Shown here in pieces: positions 9,857-19,652 of a DNA stretch of 64,000 nucleotides. The position numbers were made by a program, and so were the translations under genes. Source of the stretch: an uncultured virus (IMG/VR IMGVR_UViG_2788500061_000001) (taxonomy: Duplodnaviria > Heunggongvirae > Uroviricota > Caudoviricetes); the IMG/VR virus record IMGVR_UViG_2788500061_000001; one strand, written 5' to 3'. Under the pieces are notes generated by a model that did no database searches, was not told the origin of the DNA, and saw only the letters and a list, made by a program, of their open reading frames with translations. Position 1 is the stretch's first letter. Each line of letters starts with the position of its first letter.

Positions 9857-10789
9857 TTATCGTAATTCCCGAACTTCTTCGCGGTAATCCTGCACCTGTT
9901 GTAGGATCGAGTTCGCAGCTTCATACATTCCGGCTTCCACCTCCGCAAGGTAGGATTGCGAGATCCCGAGAGCGTGGGCAAGGCCGGACTGGGTAAGCCC
10001 GAGCTGCTTGCGGATGGTTCGGATCTCCAGGCCGGTTGCGCTGTAGCGTGAGTCTCGTTCCCAGTACCGTGAGCGCGCTTTCTTCAGGCTGTCAGAGAGG
10101 ACTGCCTGCATCTTATCCGGACCTGAATTGATCTGCTGGCTGTGCAGGGATACCTGGCAGATGTAGAGTCCGTCTCCGGCATCGATCAGGTTCACCTTCG
10201 CCTTGCGATACTTTGAACGCCACTCCTGGGCGACCATTTCCTGAGTGACCTTTTCGCTCGTTTCGCCACGGATGTATGAGAGGTCTTTAAGGACAGTGTT
10301 TTCGGAGATCCCGATTTCCGGTGCAATCTCTCTCACTCTCTTTCGCGTGATTCGGGCCTCCAGGTCCCAGAACTCCGGCGCGATTCTCTCATAAATGCGG
10401 TTGCGGATCCGGCGAGTAACGGACTGCCGCCCGGTATTGGATCGAATGAGCTTTCCTATGCTGCCTTTCAGGGGGATATCCCGGATCTTCCCCGGGATCG
10501 CGGTCCATCCGAGCAGTTTGCAGGCCTTGACCCTTTTGTGTCCGGAGATTATATATCCTTCACGGTTTACGAGAATCGGCTCTTCTAAGCCATCCCGGGC
10601 AATGGAAGCGGCCAGGTTCTTGATGAATTGTGAACTGGCCTTGAATATGTAATTGTCTGGATGTTCTTTGAGGTCGGATATATCCAGATCTATGACCTTT
10701 TCGGCATGGTGGCTTTTCAATGTGTTCTGCCTCCCATACCCGGTATTCTTCTGATTTTTTCGTTTATCGGGCAATGTCTCGACTGGCAA
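9857..10789 (-). CDS. ParB-N domain protein with C-terminal XRE HTH
   Basis: SIARDGLEEPILV...IISGHKRVKA; IRKQLGLTQSGLAHALGISQSYLAEVEAG. Confidence 0.85.
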   Translation of the reverse strand: MPVETLPDKRKNQKNTGYGRQNTLKSHHAEKVIDLDISDLKEHPDNYIFKASSQFIKNLAASIARDGLEEPILVNREGYIISGHKRVKACKLLGWTAIPGKIRDIPLKGSIGKLIRSNTGRQSVTRRIRNRIYERIAPEFWDLEARITRKRVREIAPEIGISENTVLKDLSYIRGETSEKVTQEMVAQEWRSKYRKAKVNLIDAGDGLYICQVSLHSQQINSGPDKMQAVLSDSLKKARSRYWERDSRYSATGLEIRTIRKQLGLTQSGLAHALGISQSYLAEVEAGMYEAANSILQQVQDYREEVRELR

Positions 10790-10805
10790 TGTTCTTCACT
10801 CCTTC

Positions 10806-11198
10806 CTAAATCTCAAATTCCTTGCCGCAGTTCCAGCACCGGTAGGTATAGAAGTGCGCAGGCCATCCGGTGCCACCTTTATGGACCGAGTAATCATGGA
10901 AGTCTCTCTTGCCGGTTGACGCTTCGCAAATCTCGGGAACCCGGGCGATCCCGAGGTATAGGCGGACCCACTTAAATGCTTTATTCATCACTGCTTTGCC
11001 CGCATCCAGGATCCGCTTTCTTATGCAGATGCTCTCATCCAGAAAATAAGGAGGGACCCCGTATAGCCGGGCGTATGCATTGAGACGTTGTCGTTCTTGT
11101 CTGCACCGAACAACCCTCCCGGCCAGGGCTGCTATGGTATAGAGCGCAGAGGCGGATAGCAGGCCGAGGGCGAAGGGTAAAAGCTGGTCAACTGGCAT
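10806..11198 (-). CDS. Hypothetical early protein (N-terminal TM, C-terminal CxxC)
   Basis: In the tightly packed minus-strand early operon. Confidence 0.55.
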   Translation of the reverse strand: MPVDQLLPFALGLLSASALYTIAALAGRVVRCRQERQRLNAYARLYGVPPYFLDESICIRKRILDAGKAVMNKAFKWVRLYLGIARVPEICEASTGKRDFHDYSVHKGGTGWPAHFYTYRCWNCGKEFEI

Positions 11199-11490
11199 TG
11201 ACTGCCTCCGCGTCTTCCCTGGGTGAGAGTCCGAGGTCTATCTTTGCCCGGCGCAACATATCGCCCAGGTCCTTCGCCCGGGGATCGCGCTTATTTTCTA
11301 TGTCCGCGCAGGCATCCGCGTGAGCCCAGCCAACTCCGTAAATGACTGCTTTGGCTACCTGCTGTTCCAGCCTATCCAGGCACTCCGTCGTCGGGTAGAT
11401 TCCTTCCGGCGAAGGCGTATCGAGCATTTCACTGACGATCCTTGAAAGGTCTCTTCTCCAATCCGTCACACTTAAAGATTCTTCATTCAT
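11188..11490 (-). CDS. Hypothetical early protein
   Basis: Operon context. Confidence 0.6.
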   Translation of the reverse strand: MNEESLSVTDWRRDLSRIVSEMLDTPSPEGIYPTTECLDRLEQQVAKAVIYGVGWAHADACADIENKRDPRAKDLGDMLRRAKIDLGLSPREDAEAVNAS

Positions 11491-11496
11491 GTCTTT

Positions 11497-11865
11497 TCAC
11501 CATCCTTTCATTACTAAAGGCTCCAGCATGGCGGCCTCTCTATCGAGGCCATTATCCAGAAGCCAGAGCCACTTATCTCGAACCGTAATCTGTTTATCAT
11601 AGCATTCCGGGTTGCCTGGCCATGAGTGCCAGAACCGATGGAGCGTTGTTATCCACGCGGGATCATAGGCGCAATAATCCCGATGCGGAAACCTCCGGGG
11701 GAGGAGATGCGCTGAATCGCAGGGCTTTCCGCCGGTCTTTCTGCAGCGGCCCCCGTTCAGCTTCTTCCGTTTCCGCATTGCCCATTCGATCTTCACGGAG
11801 AGCTTTGCGAACTCCGGGAAGTCCGGGTAAATCTCGGCAAGGCGCTGGGAGTGCGTCAGGAGCAT
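11497..11865 (-). CDS. HNH/NinG-like nuclease-fold protein
   Basis: C...DSAHL...TTLHRFWH pattern; GGAGG SD. Confidence 0.5.
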   Translation of the reverse strand: MLLTHSQRLAEIYPDFPEFAKLSVKIEWAMRKRKKLNGGRCRKTGGKPCDSAHLLPRRFPHRDYCAYDPAWITTLHRFWHSWPGNPECYDKQITVRDKWLWLLDNGLDREAAMLEPLVMKGW

Positions 11866-12683
11866 ACCGGCACCTCCATGCGCTCCATTAGAGTCTTGAT
11901 TACTTCGGCAGCGAGGGGAGGGACTATCGCATTCCCGTAGGCGCGCAATCGTCCCATTCTTGCGGGTATCCCATGAGCCATCGGGCTAAGCCCGGATTGT
12001 ATTGGCCTCGGCCTGCCAATGGGGAAGGGGATGCGGTCAAATCCGTCCCAGGGGCCAGACCCGCTATCGCAGCCTGTCGTGGGAGCTGGTCCAGGCGGAC
12101 CCGGGGGGATCCGTCCGGGTTGACTCCGGCAATGCTCTGCCCCGGGGAGTCTTTCCAGTCCCGTGCTGCCGGTGTTCCCCAGCCACCCAACGAACCAGAG
12201 TCGCTGTCGGATGTGCGGTGCGCCGACGCTACAAGCTGGTAGTACTGCCGCCCCCGTGGAGTAACCTTCGTCTTCCAGTGCATCGAGTAGATCATCGAGC
12301 CAGGAGTCCTGGGCGACTGCAGCGGCAACCTGTTCACCAAAGATGAAAGGAGGCCGGAGGGCTCTGACCAGACGGATCCATTCGGGAGCAAGGTGCCTTT
12401 CGTCTCTGATTCCCGCCTGCCTTCCTGCGAGAGAGAACGGCTGACATGGTGGTGATCCTGTAAAGACGGGCCGATCATCCGGCCATCCTGCCTGTCGGAG
12501 GGCGATGCTCCAGCCTCCGATTCCCGCGAAGAAGTGGTGCTGCCGATACCCGGCAAGGTCGTCTGCTCTGACATCTGCGATGCTCCTGGTGTCCACGTCG
12601 CCATCGGCTATGAGTCCTTCATCTATGAGATTCCGGAGCCATTGTGCGGCGAAAGGGTCTATTTCATTGTAGTATGCCGTCAT
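11856..12683 (-). CDS. C5-cytosine DNA methyltransferase (alpha chain)
   Basis: FFAGIGG (motif I), GSPPCQPFS (IV), EQV (VI), PHIRQRLW (VIII), YGNAIV (X); motif IX absent; start MTAYYNE. Confidence 0.9.
   Translation of the reverse strand: MTAYYNEIDPFAAQWLRNLIDEGLIADGDVDTRSIADVRADDLAGYRQHHFFAGIGGWSIALRQAGWPDDRPVFTGSPPCQPFSLAGRQAGIRDERHLAPEWIRLVRALRPPFIFGEQVAAAVAQDSWLDDLLDALEDEGYSTGAAVLPACSVGAPHIRQRLWFVGWLGNTGSTGLERLPGAEHCRSQPGRIPPGPPGPAPTTGCDSGSGPWDGFDRIPFPIGRPRPIQSGLSPMAHGIPARMGRLRAYGNAIVPPLAAEVIKTLMERMEVPVCS
11924..12574 (-). CDS. Nested alternative-frame ORF, putative C5-MTase beta subunit (TRD plus motif IX)
   Basis: [11 protein letters not shown]...LDQLPRQA...[16 protein letters not shown], wholly inside the MTase gene in another frame. 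Confidence 0.7.
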   Translation of the reverse strand: MSEQTTLPGIGSTTSSRESEAGASPSDRQDGRMIGPSLQDHHHVSRSLSQEGRRESETKGTLLPNGSVWSEPSGLLSSLVNRLPLQSPRTPGSMIYSMHWKTKVTPRGRQYYQLVASAHRTSDSDSGSLGGWGTPAARDWKDSPGQSIAGVNPDGSPRVRLDQLPRQAAIAGLAPGTDLTASPSPLAGRGQYNPGLARWLMGYPQEWDDCAPTGMR

Positions 12684-12685
12684 TG

Positions 12686-13519
12686 TTATCTCGTATGCGC
12701 GAAATCCGGGAAAAGATCCTGCTGGCCGAGGGCCTTCTGGCAGGCCGGGTTCAGCCACAGGCATTCGATTCTCTCATTCCGCTTGTTGTCCCTGGTTCGC
12801 TTCTCGACTCGCTTCCATCCCGCTCGCTCAAAAGTGATCTCGTAGAGCTTCGATGGATAGCCGCAGAGGACGATCATGGAGAGGCTTTTTCGGAGCCTGA
12901 GAAATAGAATGAAGTGCTCCCAGATGCTCATCATTTCATGCTGGTAGGCTCGCCCGGCTTTGCGGCAGATTCCGAGATAGGGTGGGTCGACGAAAAAGAG
13001 AGTCTCAGGGCTGGAGCACTCCTTGAGGAGCTTGCCATAGTCCTTGCTCTCGATTACCACTCCCCGAAATCGCATTGCAGCCCGGTACAAGGGCCGAAGG
13101 TCTGCAAACATGGAGGCCGGTCGGTAACCACCGCTGGAGAAGACATTTCCATAGGACCGGAAGGAGCCNCCNGCCCGGTTNTTGCTCATGTTCATCCAGC
13201 ANCGGGNATAGAATCGACGGGCNGTTTCCAGTTCGGATTCCGTCGAAGTCCGGGTTATCTCGAATTCGTCCCGGGAGTAAGCGGTGAATCGGATAGAGCG
13301 GATCAGCTCCCGGGGTCGATCCCGGAGCACTCGAAAGAAAGTGCAGAGCTCTCCGTCCACGTCGTTGTAGTATTCAAATCGGGCGCGGTCCTTTCGCAGC
13401 AGCACGGATCCGCCTCCGCCAAAAAGGTCAACATACACCTTGTGCGCCGGGAAGTGCTCGAGGATCCAATCCGTTAGTAGCCATTTTGAGCCGTTGTATT
13501 TCAGAACGGGTCTTTCCAT
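12686..13519 (-). CDS. Dam-family (D12) N6-adenine DNA methyltransferase
   Basis: LKYNGSKW, VDLFGGGGSV, FFVDPPY. Confidence 0.92.
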   Translation of the reverse strand: MERPVLKYNGSKWLLTDWILEHFPAHKVYVDLFGGGGSVLLRKDRARFEYYNDVDGELCTFFRVLRDRPRELIRSIRFTAYSRDEFEITRTSTESELEXARRFYXXCWMNMSXNRXXGSFRSYGNVFSSGGYRPASMFADLRPLYRAAMRFRGVVIESKDYGKLLKECSSPETLFFVDPPYLGICRKAGRAYQHEMMSIWEHFILFLRLRKSLSMIVLCGYPSKLYEITFERAGWKRVEKRTRDNKRNERIECLWLNPACQKALGQQDLFPDFAHTR

Positions 13520-13527
13520 GGATCCTC

Positions 13528-14280
13528 TCAGCGTTTAGAAACAATTACCTCGTTTATGGCTTTCCTGGCGGACTCCAGTTTTTGAATGTCCTCCTGCTTC
13601 AGGCCGCCGGTTGCCAGCTTGATGAATTCCCGGGCCGCATAAATGCGGTCTGGTTGTCCCGGATCGAATCCGGCTTCTCTTAGAAGATTCCAGAGCATCT
13701 CAAGCTCCTGGTTTCGGCGCTCAAGGCGGGCTTTGTCTCTTCCAAGGTTTAGAATCTTCTCTGCCGTTTTATAGGCGATGAAGTGGCCGAGTTCTCGGTC
13801 GCTCCGCTTTCCATCTTTGAGATCCTGGAAGTAGTCCCTTCGTGCGTCACGGCCAGATATGTCTCTGGTTATCTCACAGCGACACATCAAGAGATAGCGA
13901 TACAGGCTGTTCGGGATCGGTCCCTTTCGGTAGACCGCCTTCTTTTTCGTGAAGACTTTGGTTTTCGTGCTGGCTACGGTAAGCAGCCCGGCTTCCGGAG
14001 GCAGTTCGTCCGGACGGATGATTCCAGGAGGGGCTACAAAATAGAATTCATTGCAATAGTCCAGATACCCATGCCACTTTGAGTCCCTGGTGAAATCAGA
14101 GCGGGATACCTTGATTTCGTAGCCGATAGTACTCGGCCTGCTCCNGGACTTTTTCATGGCCCAAGCATCCAGGATAAGCAAGCCGTTACCGGTGGGTCCG
14201 GTCTTTACCTCATCGACAAAGACATCATCCTTGTGGCGGGAGCGGAGGAGCCGGAGGATTTCGCTCGCATTGCACTTCAA
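13528..14280 (-). CDS. MmcB-like PD-(D/E)XK nuclease
   Basis: LDAWA...GYEIKVSRSDFTRDSKW...YCNEFYFVAP. Confidence 0.75.
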   Translation of the reverse strand: MKCNASEILRLLRSRHKDDVFVDEVKTGPTGNGLLILDAWAMKKSXSRPSTIGYEIKVSRSDFTRDSKWHGYLDYCNEFYFVAPPGIIRPDELPPEAGLLTVASTKTKVFTKKKAVYRKGPIPNSLYRYLLMCRCEITRDISGRDARRDYFQDLKDGKRSDRELGHFIAYKTAEKILNLGRDKARLERRNQELEMLWNLLREAGFDPGQPDRIYAAREFIKLATGGLKQEDIQKLESARKAINEVIVSKR

Positions 14281-14588
14281 TTGCGCACCTCCCGGCCTCT
14301 CTGTTTTTGTGTATGGATAGAAAGCGGCCCGATTTCCTGGCCGGCCGACGCCCTGGCCAACGCCTGGACCAGTTCATCTCGGCGAAAGGAAAGAACGTGG
14401 TCTCCTTCTACCACAAGGATTACATAGTCGCGGTCGACCACTGTATAACCGTCGCCCTTTAGATGAAGGGAGCCTGCTGACGTGATCGCTGGTGGCTGAT
14501 CGACAAATTTGAATAGTGCCGACAAGCGAATTGCATCGGTGATTCTTCTTAGCTCCTTCCGGAACTGGGATTTGTTGGGGAGCTTCAT
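14277..14588 (-). CDS. Hypothetical early protein
   Basis: Start MKLPNK overlaps upstream stop (ATGA); GGAGG SD. Confidence 0.55.
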   Translation of the reverse strand: MKLPNKSQFRKELRRITDAIRLSALFKFVDQPPAITSAGSLHLKGDGYTVVDRDYVILVVEGDHVLSFRRDELVQALARASAGQEIGPLSIHTQKQRGREVRN

Positions 14589-15313
14589 TTTCGTACCTCC
14601 AGAACTTTGAACGATAGCACCCATACCGGAGGATTCTGTGCCCAACCGTATCGTCGCCGCTCCTTCGGGCCACGCCCGTTGTTAAGAAAATCCCAGAGGA
14701 TTCGGAACCTTTCGACTGCTGAAAAAGTCTTGTACTCACCGGTGATGGGAACCGGTCCACAAGTGGAAACGCCTTCGGCAATCGCATCGGCTTCGGTAAT
14801 CGAGCAGAGTCGTTCGGCTCTTAAGGCTGTGACCTCCAGCAAGATCCTGGAAGCCCATCGCGGCATGTGAATGGAGGGAACCTGGCCGCCAAAAATGGCA
14901 CCGTTGTGACTGGCCAGCCTGCCCCAGGCTTCGCTGGCTTCCTCGGAATTCTCAATAGGGATGAAGGAACCATCAGCCTCATATTGGACACCGTCCAATC
15001 CAGACTCCAACTCCCTNGCGCGGCAATTCTCACGAACCCACAAGCGCGTTCCAACTTGNCCATANGGNCATCGCTCNANNAGNTCNGCGTTNGTNAGGTT
15101 GTGNTACCGGCCCTGTTTATCCTGAATCAGCCAGTCNAANTGCTTGAANTCGCTTTCTCGNATGCTCTTGATNTGTCCCCANCCGGAAAGNCGNTTGATG
15201 ATCCGGCGGGTAATGGTCTTTCCGTTGCCGGGCGAGTAGTNCCCNTCCAGAATCCTCCGGACCATGTCTCCGCTNAAGATCATTGGCTTTTCCTGGACCT
15301 TTANGNCNNTCAT
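14585..15313 (-). CDS. ASCH/PUA-like phage protein
   Basis: KPMIxSGDMVRRIL...KTITRR, LWVRE, PSIHMPRWASRI, W..NPPVWV; many Ns. Confidence 0.75.
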   Translation of the reverse strand: MXXXKVQEKPMIXSGDMVRRILXGXYSPGNGKTITRRIIXXLSXWGXIKSXRESXFKXXDWLIQDKQGRXHNXXNXXXXERXXYXQVGTRLWVRENCRXRELESGLDGVQYEADGSFIPIENSEEASEAWGRLASHNGAIFGGQVPSIHMPRWASRILLEVTALRAERLCSITEADAIAEGVSTCGPVPITGEYKTFSAVERFRILWDFLNNGRGPKERRRYGWAQNPPVWVLSFKVLEVRK

Positions 15314-15807
15314 TTTGCGGCCTCCACGGCNAAGAGCTCCGGTTGNGATCGNTTTGATCGATTCAGGTAGGCCTCTGCNTCATCCATAAGGACCTCAAGA
15401 GCCCGGATGCACTTCTGGGGNAGAACCGGACCATCCATGTCGTTTAGGTCCTCTTCGGGGAGGTACGGAGTATTCAGGACCAGTGGNCTGTTGGAGTCGT
15501 TCAGNCCTCGCATCGATGTGATGCTGGCTCCCAGGATCTCGTCCTCACCTGCGTAGCCGAAGGTGACTCCACGGATGGAGTGGCGATAGAATTCGGCTTC
15601 CATGTCCTCCGGATGCAGTTCGCAGATTTCGATAACGGAAGGGATCAATCCCTGGAGGGCCTCCACAAAGTCTGGATGTGGTTCATCCAGGCTGCTCATG
15701 GAGTATTCGTCCCAGGCATCCCCGTTTGACTTCTCCCATACCAGGGAAACCCGAAGTGGATCCCCGGTGTATTTGATCTTTCTGAATCGAATTCTATCTC
15801 TGTTCAT
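15310..15807 (-). CDS. Conserved hypothetical phage protein
   Basis: AAGGAG SD before MNRDRIRF; operon context. Confidence 0.65.
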   Translation of the reverse strand: MNRDRIRFRKIKYTGDPLRVSLVWEKSNGDAWDEYSMSSLDEPHPDFVEALQGLIPSVIEICELHPEDMEAEFYRHSIRGVTFGYAGEDEILGASITSMRXLNDSNXPLVLNTPYLPEEDLNDMDGPVXPQKCIRALEVLMDXAEAYLNRSXRXQPELXAVEAAK

Positions 15808-16006
15808 TTCGCACTCCTTGATAGGTTGCAAGATGGATCAGTTGTCCATCTTCGGGAACGTTCTGCGGACGCTGTCGCGTAGCCGCCTCGATTTGCTTCC
15901 CCACTACAATGGCCCACTCGAAGCCCAGGATGTAGCAATGAGCAAGGCGACCGTCGAGGTCGATCCTGCCAGGGCCGTTCAGTATGTTGCTGGCCGATGT
16001 GTCCAT
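15794..16006 (-). CDS. Hypothetical early protein
   Basis: Operon context. Confidence 0.45.
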   Translation of the reverse strand: MDTSASNILNGPGRIDLDGRLAHCYILGFEWAIVVGKQIEAATRQRPQNVPEDGQLIHLATYQGVRNEQR

Positions 16007-16010
16007 GGAC

Positions 16011-16826
16011 TCACCCCGCGACGGCTGCTCTCGCCTCCAGATAATCCCAGACTTCTCCGGCCTCTTCGTCGCTCATTTCCCTCGCCGATTTGTGAAGGTT
16101 TCGAAGGATTCGAAGTGTTCGCTGATCTTCCGGGGGGTATCCTGGTACAGGCGGATAATCTGTTCCGGATCCTTCCCACCGAACCATGCCATCCATCGGA
16201 GGATCCCCGTTCTGTCTTTCTCTGGAATGGCTGATACGATTCTCTGGATCTGATTTAATTCCAGGTCGCTGTTTCTGGAAATCTCCATGGCATACGCTTT
16301 TCGGATGCGTTGAGTTTCCGACGGCCCGTTGTGGGTCTGGGTAGGTCTGGTTTTCGTTGCCTGCATGGCGGGCTCCTAATGCCTCCAGCCTGGGGCTGGG
16401 TGTTGTTTTCCCTGTGCCGTTTTGGAGTGATCTTTTATGTTCCGCACCTCTGGACCGCGAATCATGTCTCGCTGCTCTGAGCCGCGATTCTGGATTCTCA
16501 CGGGCGGTGAGATTCTCACTTCTCTGCGAATCAGTGTGAACTTGGTACAAGTTGCTCCTCCCATATCCGCGTCTCTGTACTGTAATCCAACCAGCTTGCT
16601 TGAGCTGCTGGATCACCTGGCTTATTCTGCGGGTTTTGATTTGCGACTGACCATGATCTTCAATTCGTTCGGCTATCGCCTCCAGAGTAGGGAAGCAGAC
16701 TTTGTCTTTTCCCTGAAAAGAGGCCAATGCCGCATATACCTGCAGTTCCTGCCGGGTCATTTGGGCAATCGCAGCAAGAGGAACCTTTGCCCATATTATG
16801 CTAATGTTTGGATTGTGACTCATCAT
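16011..16826 (-). CDS. Winged-HTH replication initiator-like protein
   Basis: VYAALASF...CFPTLEAIAE...IQQLKQAGWITVQRR...SNLY, typical N-terminus of phage replisome organisers. Confidence 0.7.
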   Translation of the reverse strand: MMSHNPNISIIWAKVPLAAIAQMTRQELQVYAALASFQGKDKVCFPTLEAIAERIEDHGQSQIKTRRISQVIQQLKQAGWITVQRRGYGRSNLYQVHTDSQRSENLTARENPESRLRAARHDSRSRGAEHKRSLQNGTGKTTPSPRLEALGARHAGNENQTYPDPQRAVGNSTHPKSVCHGDFQKQRPGIKSDPENRISHSRERQNGDPPMDGMVRWEGSGTDYPPVPGYPPEDQRTLRILRNLHKSAREMSDEEAGEVWDYLEARAAVAG

Positions 16827-16830
16827 TACC

Positions 16831-16992
16831 TCACCAGAGATGTATTGCGTAATAAACGGAGAAGATCAGCAAGATGCTGATTCCATAGGATATGACCAGG
16901 AACCGACGGTTTCGGTGTCGGTCCGCTCTCCGCCTTCTGCTGAGATACCGCATATCCGATGCGAAGAAGCTGGATCTTATCGTTGCTTCCAT
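16831..16992 (-). CDS. 53-aa basic protein with C-terminal TM helix
   Basis: Hand translated MEATIRSSFF...RRFLVISYGISILLIFSVYYAIHLW; fills the operon gap. Confidence 0.55.
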   Translation of the reverse strand: MEATIRSSFFASDMRYLSRRRRADRHRNRRFLVISYGISILLIFSVYYAIHLW

Positions 16993-16993
16993 T

Positions 16994-17290
16994 TTAGTCT
17001 CCCGTGTAATCGTGGCGGCGACCTGAAGGCCGCTCTCTGTTTTCTATCCGGATTGTATAGTCCGGAATCTCTATGACCTTCCCCGAATAGCGCTGCAGGC
17101 GCGTTATGGCAAAGGCCAGGTCTTTCTGTAGCTGAAGGGCCGTTTCTCTGTCCTCGATTGGATGACCGTCCAGAAGTAGCTGGAAGTCCGCGTACTGGAT
17201 CCGTCCTTCGAAGACCTTTCGACCATAATCGGGCGGCTTTGGTGCTACAGAGGGCCCATTGTCTGTTCGATTGATATTCAATGACTCCAT
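16994..17290 (-). CDS. Hypothetical early protein
   Basis: GGAG SD; operon context. Confidence 0.55.
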   Translation of the reverse strand: MESLNINRTDNGPSVAPKPPDYGRKVFEGRIQYADFQLLLDGHPIEDRETALQLQKDLAFAITRLQRYSGKVIEIPDYTIRIENRERPSGRRHDYTGD

Positions 17291-17331
17291 TGCTGCGTTC
17301 TCCCTCCAAACGGATGATTGCCGAAAGCGGC

Positions 17332-18162
17332 CTATGCGGCCGCGTCGGCGGAATCGCTGGGGTCGTAATTCTTCTGGATTGTCCAGATTCGGAAGGCAGA
17401 GGAGAATGCGGCCAGAGCCCTGGAGCGATCCTGGTCGGACCAGATCTTGCTGAAGTAGCGTCCAGGTTGGTTCTTGTCCATGACCAGGCTGGCGACGGCG
17501 TCAATGGTCATCATTTCCTGATGCTCCATGGCCTCTGCGTATGCAGACATCTGATAGCACCATTCTTCGTAGAAGTTGGGCTTGGGCTGGCCTTTCTTGT
17601 CGTCTTTCACATACTGGCTCTTTATATCTGCCAGGACGGTTCCTATGCCCGGAATCTCAAGAAGAAGGTCCGCAGTGCCCGCGTATCCTTCGGCGACCAC
17701 GACCTTTTCAGATGCCAGTATCCGGGCGTCCGTCTCCCGGAGCCATCGCCTGAAAGCGACTACGTGGCGAGCCACGGTTCGGAATTCCGGTGAGAGCTCT
17801 CCGGTTTTTGCGAAGTGTTCAATGGCCGCATGAATCTGCTTTCCGGTGTCCGCTGCGCTGCTGGCCTCGGATTCCATATCCTCAACCACTCGCTTTGCGA
17901 AGTCTTCCGTCGGTTCATCCTTCTTACGGGGGAGGGTAAGGGAAGCCATGATAGCCTGCTCCAGCTTCCAGGACTCCAGCCCCGGCTTGGCCACAACCTT
18001 CAGTACCGTGGTAACCGATGGCAGAAGGCCAAGTTTTCGAGCGTCAGCCAAAGTGGTTGGCTTTCGGTCCTTCCGCTTTTTGTCGGCATAGGGAACGGTA
18101 TGCATCGGCTCGCCGTCCCGCGTATACCAGTGGGCATCGCTTTTCCTCTGGATCAGACTCAT
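17332..18162 (-). CDS. PD-(D/E)XK exonuclease (recombination partner)
   Basis: PSVTTVL, GKQIHAAIE, YAGTADL...LADIKS, QMSAY. Confidence 0.85.
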   Translation of the reverse strand: MSLIQRKSDAHWYTRDGEPMHTVPYADKKRKDRKPTTLADARKLGLLPSVTTVLKVVAKPGLESWKLEQAIMASLTLPRKKDEPTEDFAKRVVEDMESEASSAADTGKQIHAAIEHFAKTGELSPEFRTVARHVVAFRRWLRETDARILASEKVVVAEGYAGTADLLLEIPGIGTVLADIKSQYVKDDKKGQPKPNFYEEWCYQMSAYAEAMEHQEMMTIDAVASLVMDKNQPGRYFSKIWSDQDRSRALAAFSSAFRIWTIQKNYDPSDSADAAA

Positions 18163-19040
18163 TTGGCACCTCCAGCAGGCGCGAATAGCCCCAGACCAGG
18201 TTCTTCAGAGGGTTCTACTGCATGGGACTGCTCTTCCTGTTCCTCGGAGTCACCCGGGCGTTGCACGTTCTCCAGGGCCTGGGTCACCTGTTGGATGGCC
18301 GAGTCTGCGGCATTTAGCAGGCTCTCCTTTTCGTTTTCCGTAACGATGCCTTCCAGTTTCTGCTCGATGTAGCTTCGGATTCGTTGTAGGCGTTCCAGAT
18401 CAAGTTCGCCCATGGCCTCTTCGATACCATTGTTTGCCCTGATGAACGTTTCGGAAGGCTCGGATTGAGGTGCTTCCGGCGCCTCATTAATGGTCTTTTC
18501 CGTACGGCCAGAGCCAAATCCTTCGCCGAAATCCATTACTTCTTCGGGAACATAGAGGCCTTCGGCGACCTCCGGTGCGAGTGCCTTTACACCTTCGGAA
18601 ATTACCCGGGCGGAAAGCATTTGCCTCGGATACATCTTCCAGTTCTGCTTGTCCGTAAGACCCGCCTTTTGTGCCATCTCCATCGTCCATTTGATTGTGA
18701 TGACATTCCCCTGGCGGTCTGCGAACTCGGCCTCGCATACGCGATCGTCTCTCCGGATCCATCGCACCTGGTTTCCGGCCTTCTTGAAGTCTGCCAGCAT
18801 TGTCTGGCTCTTTAATGCCGGTCGCCCCTGGATGATGTCATAACGCTGCACTGCCTTCATCGGGTGCATGCCCGATGCCTGGCAAAGAAGCATCAACGCC
18901 ATGGCCTGAGACTGGTCTTTCATCCCAAACAGGCCGGATTTCACTATTGTGTGGGCCATCTTTTCGAGCTCCGGCAGCGAATACTGCGCCGGAAGCTCGG
19001 GCGACTGGTCCTGTCGCATTGCTATGTCTTTCTCGGACAT
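18159..19040 (-). CDS. RecT/Beta-like single-strand annealing protein
   Basis: IIQGRPALKS, AGLTDKQNWKMYPRQML, GLYVPEE; start MSEKD with GGAG SD. Confidence 0.8.
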   Translation of the reverse strand: MSEKDIAMRQDQSPELPAQYSLPELEKMAHTIVKSGLFGMKDQSQAMALMLLCQASGMHPMKAVQRYDIIQGRPALKSQTMLADFKKAGNQVRWIRRDDRVCEAEFADRQGNVITIKWTMEMAQKAGLTDKQNWKMYPRQMLSARVISEGVKALAPEVAEGLYVPEEVMDFGEGFGSGRTEKTINEAPEAPQSEPSETFIRANNGIEEAMGELDLERLQRIRSYIEQKLEGIVTENEKESLLNAADSAIQQVTQALENVQRPGDSEEQEEQSHAVEPSEEPGLGLFAPAGGAK

Positions 19041-19078
19041 ACACTCCCTCCAAATTCTAAAGTCACGCAGCGGAAACG

Positions 19079-19309
19079 CTACGGTCTGTATGTATCGATC
19101 AACTGCTGTGATTCTCGAAGATCCGGCTCCAGGCACTTCCGGCACTTGTCGTACTGGTAGAGCTTTACTCCCTTCGCCCCGCACCCGGCGCAATGCGGTT
19201 CTGCAATGGCGGACTCCAGCATATCCTGGAAGCCCGTTCCTCCGCCCGCCGAAGGGGCCGGTGCGATTGCAGGTGGTGCGGTCATTCTTTCAGTGCTCGT
19301 TACGATCAT
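19079..19309 (-). CDS. Small Zn-finger protein
   Basis: CAGC...CRKC; GGAGG SD before MIVTS. Confidence 0.55.
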   Translation of the reverse strand: MIVTSTERMTAPPAIAPAPSAGGGTGFQDMLESAIAEPHCAGCGAKGVKLYQYDKCRKCLEPDLRESQQLIDTYRP

Positions 19310-19652
19310 GGTTTCCCTCCTTTGACTCGATGGCATTGAGCGTTTTGCTTCTGTAGCTCTCCTGATCTTGTAGCGGTAGAATAGGGCATTCGCTTGCCGG
19401 GTCATGCTCCAGCACCGAATCGATCACTCCGAATCGGACCTGTGCGAGGACCGTTGGGTGGTGACACTGGATCGAGATATAGGCATCGTGGATGTGATGC
19501 TCCAGCCGGACATGCGGGCAGTGGTAGCAATGGCTGCAGTCCTCTCGGGCAAGATAGGCGCGAGTCCATTTGTCCAGGGCACCAAGGGCCTTCTCATGTG
19601 CCCGATCGTGCTGGGTGGCCAGTGCTTTATGCATTGCAGGCCTCCGGTTCAT
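19290..19652 (-). CDS. Cys/His-rich hypothetical protein
   Basis: CSHCYHC...CHHP...CP. Confidence 0.55.
   Translation of the reverse strand: MNRRPAMHKALATQHDRAHEKALGALDKWTRAYLAREDCSHCYHCPHVRLEHHIHDAYISIQCHHPTVLAQVRFGVIDSVLEHDPASECPILPLQDQESYRSKTLNAIESKEGNHDRNEH

Noticed and set aside
17332..18162. Cas4 linked to the mini-array
   Set aside because: It lacks the four-Cys Fe-S cluster and is coupled to a RecT-like gene, so it is better read as a recombination exonuclease.
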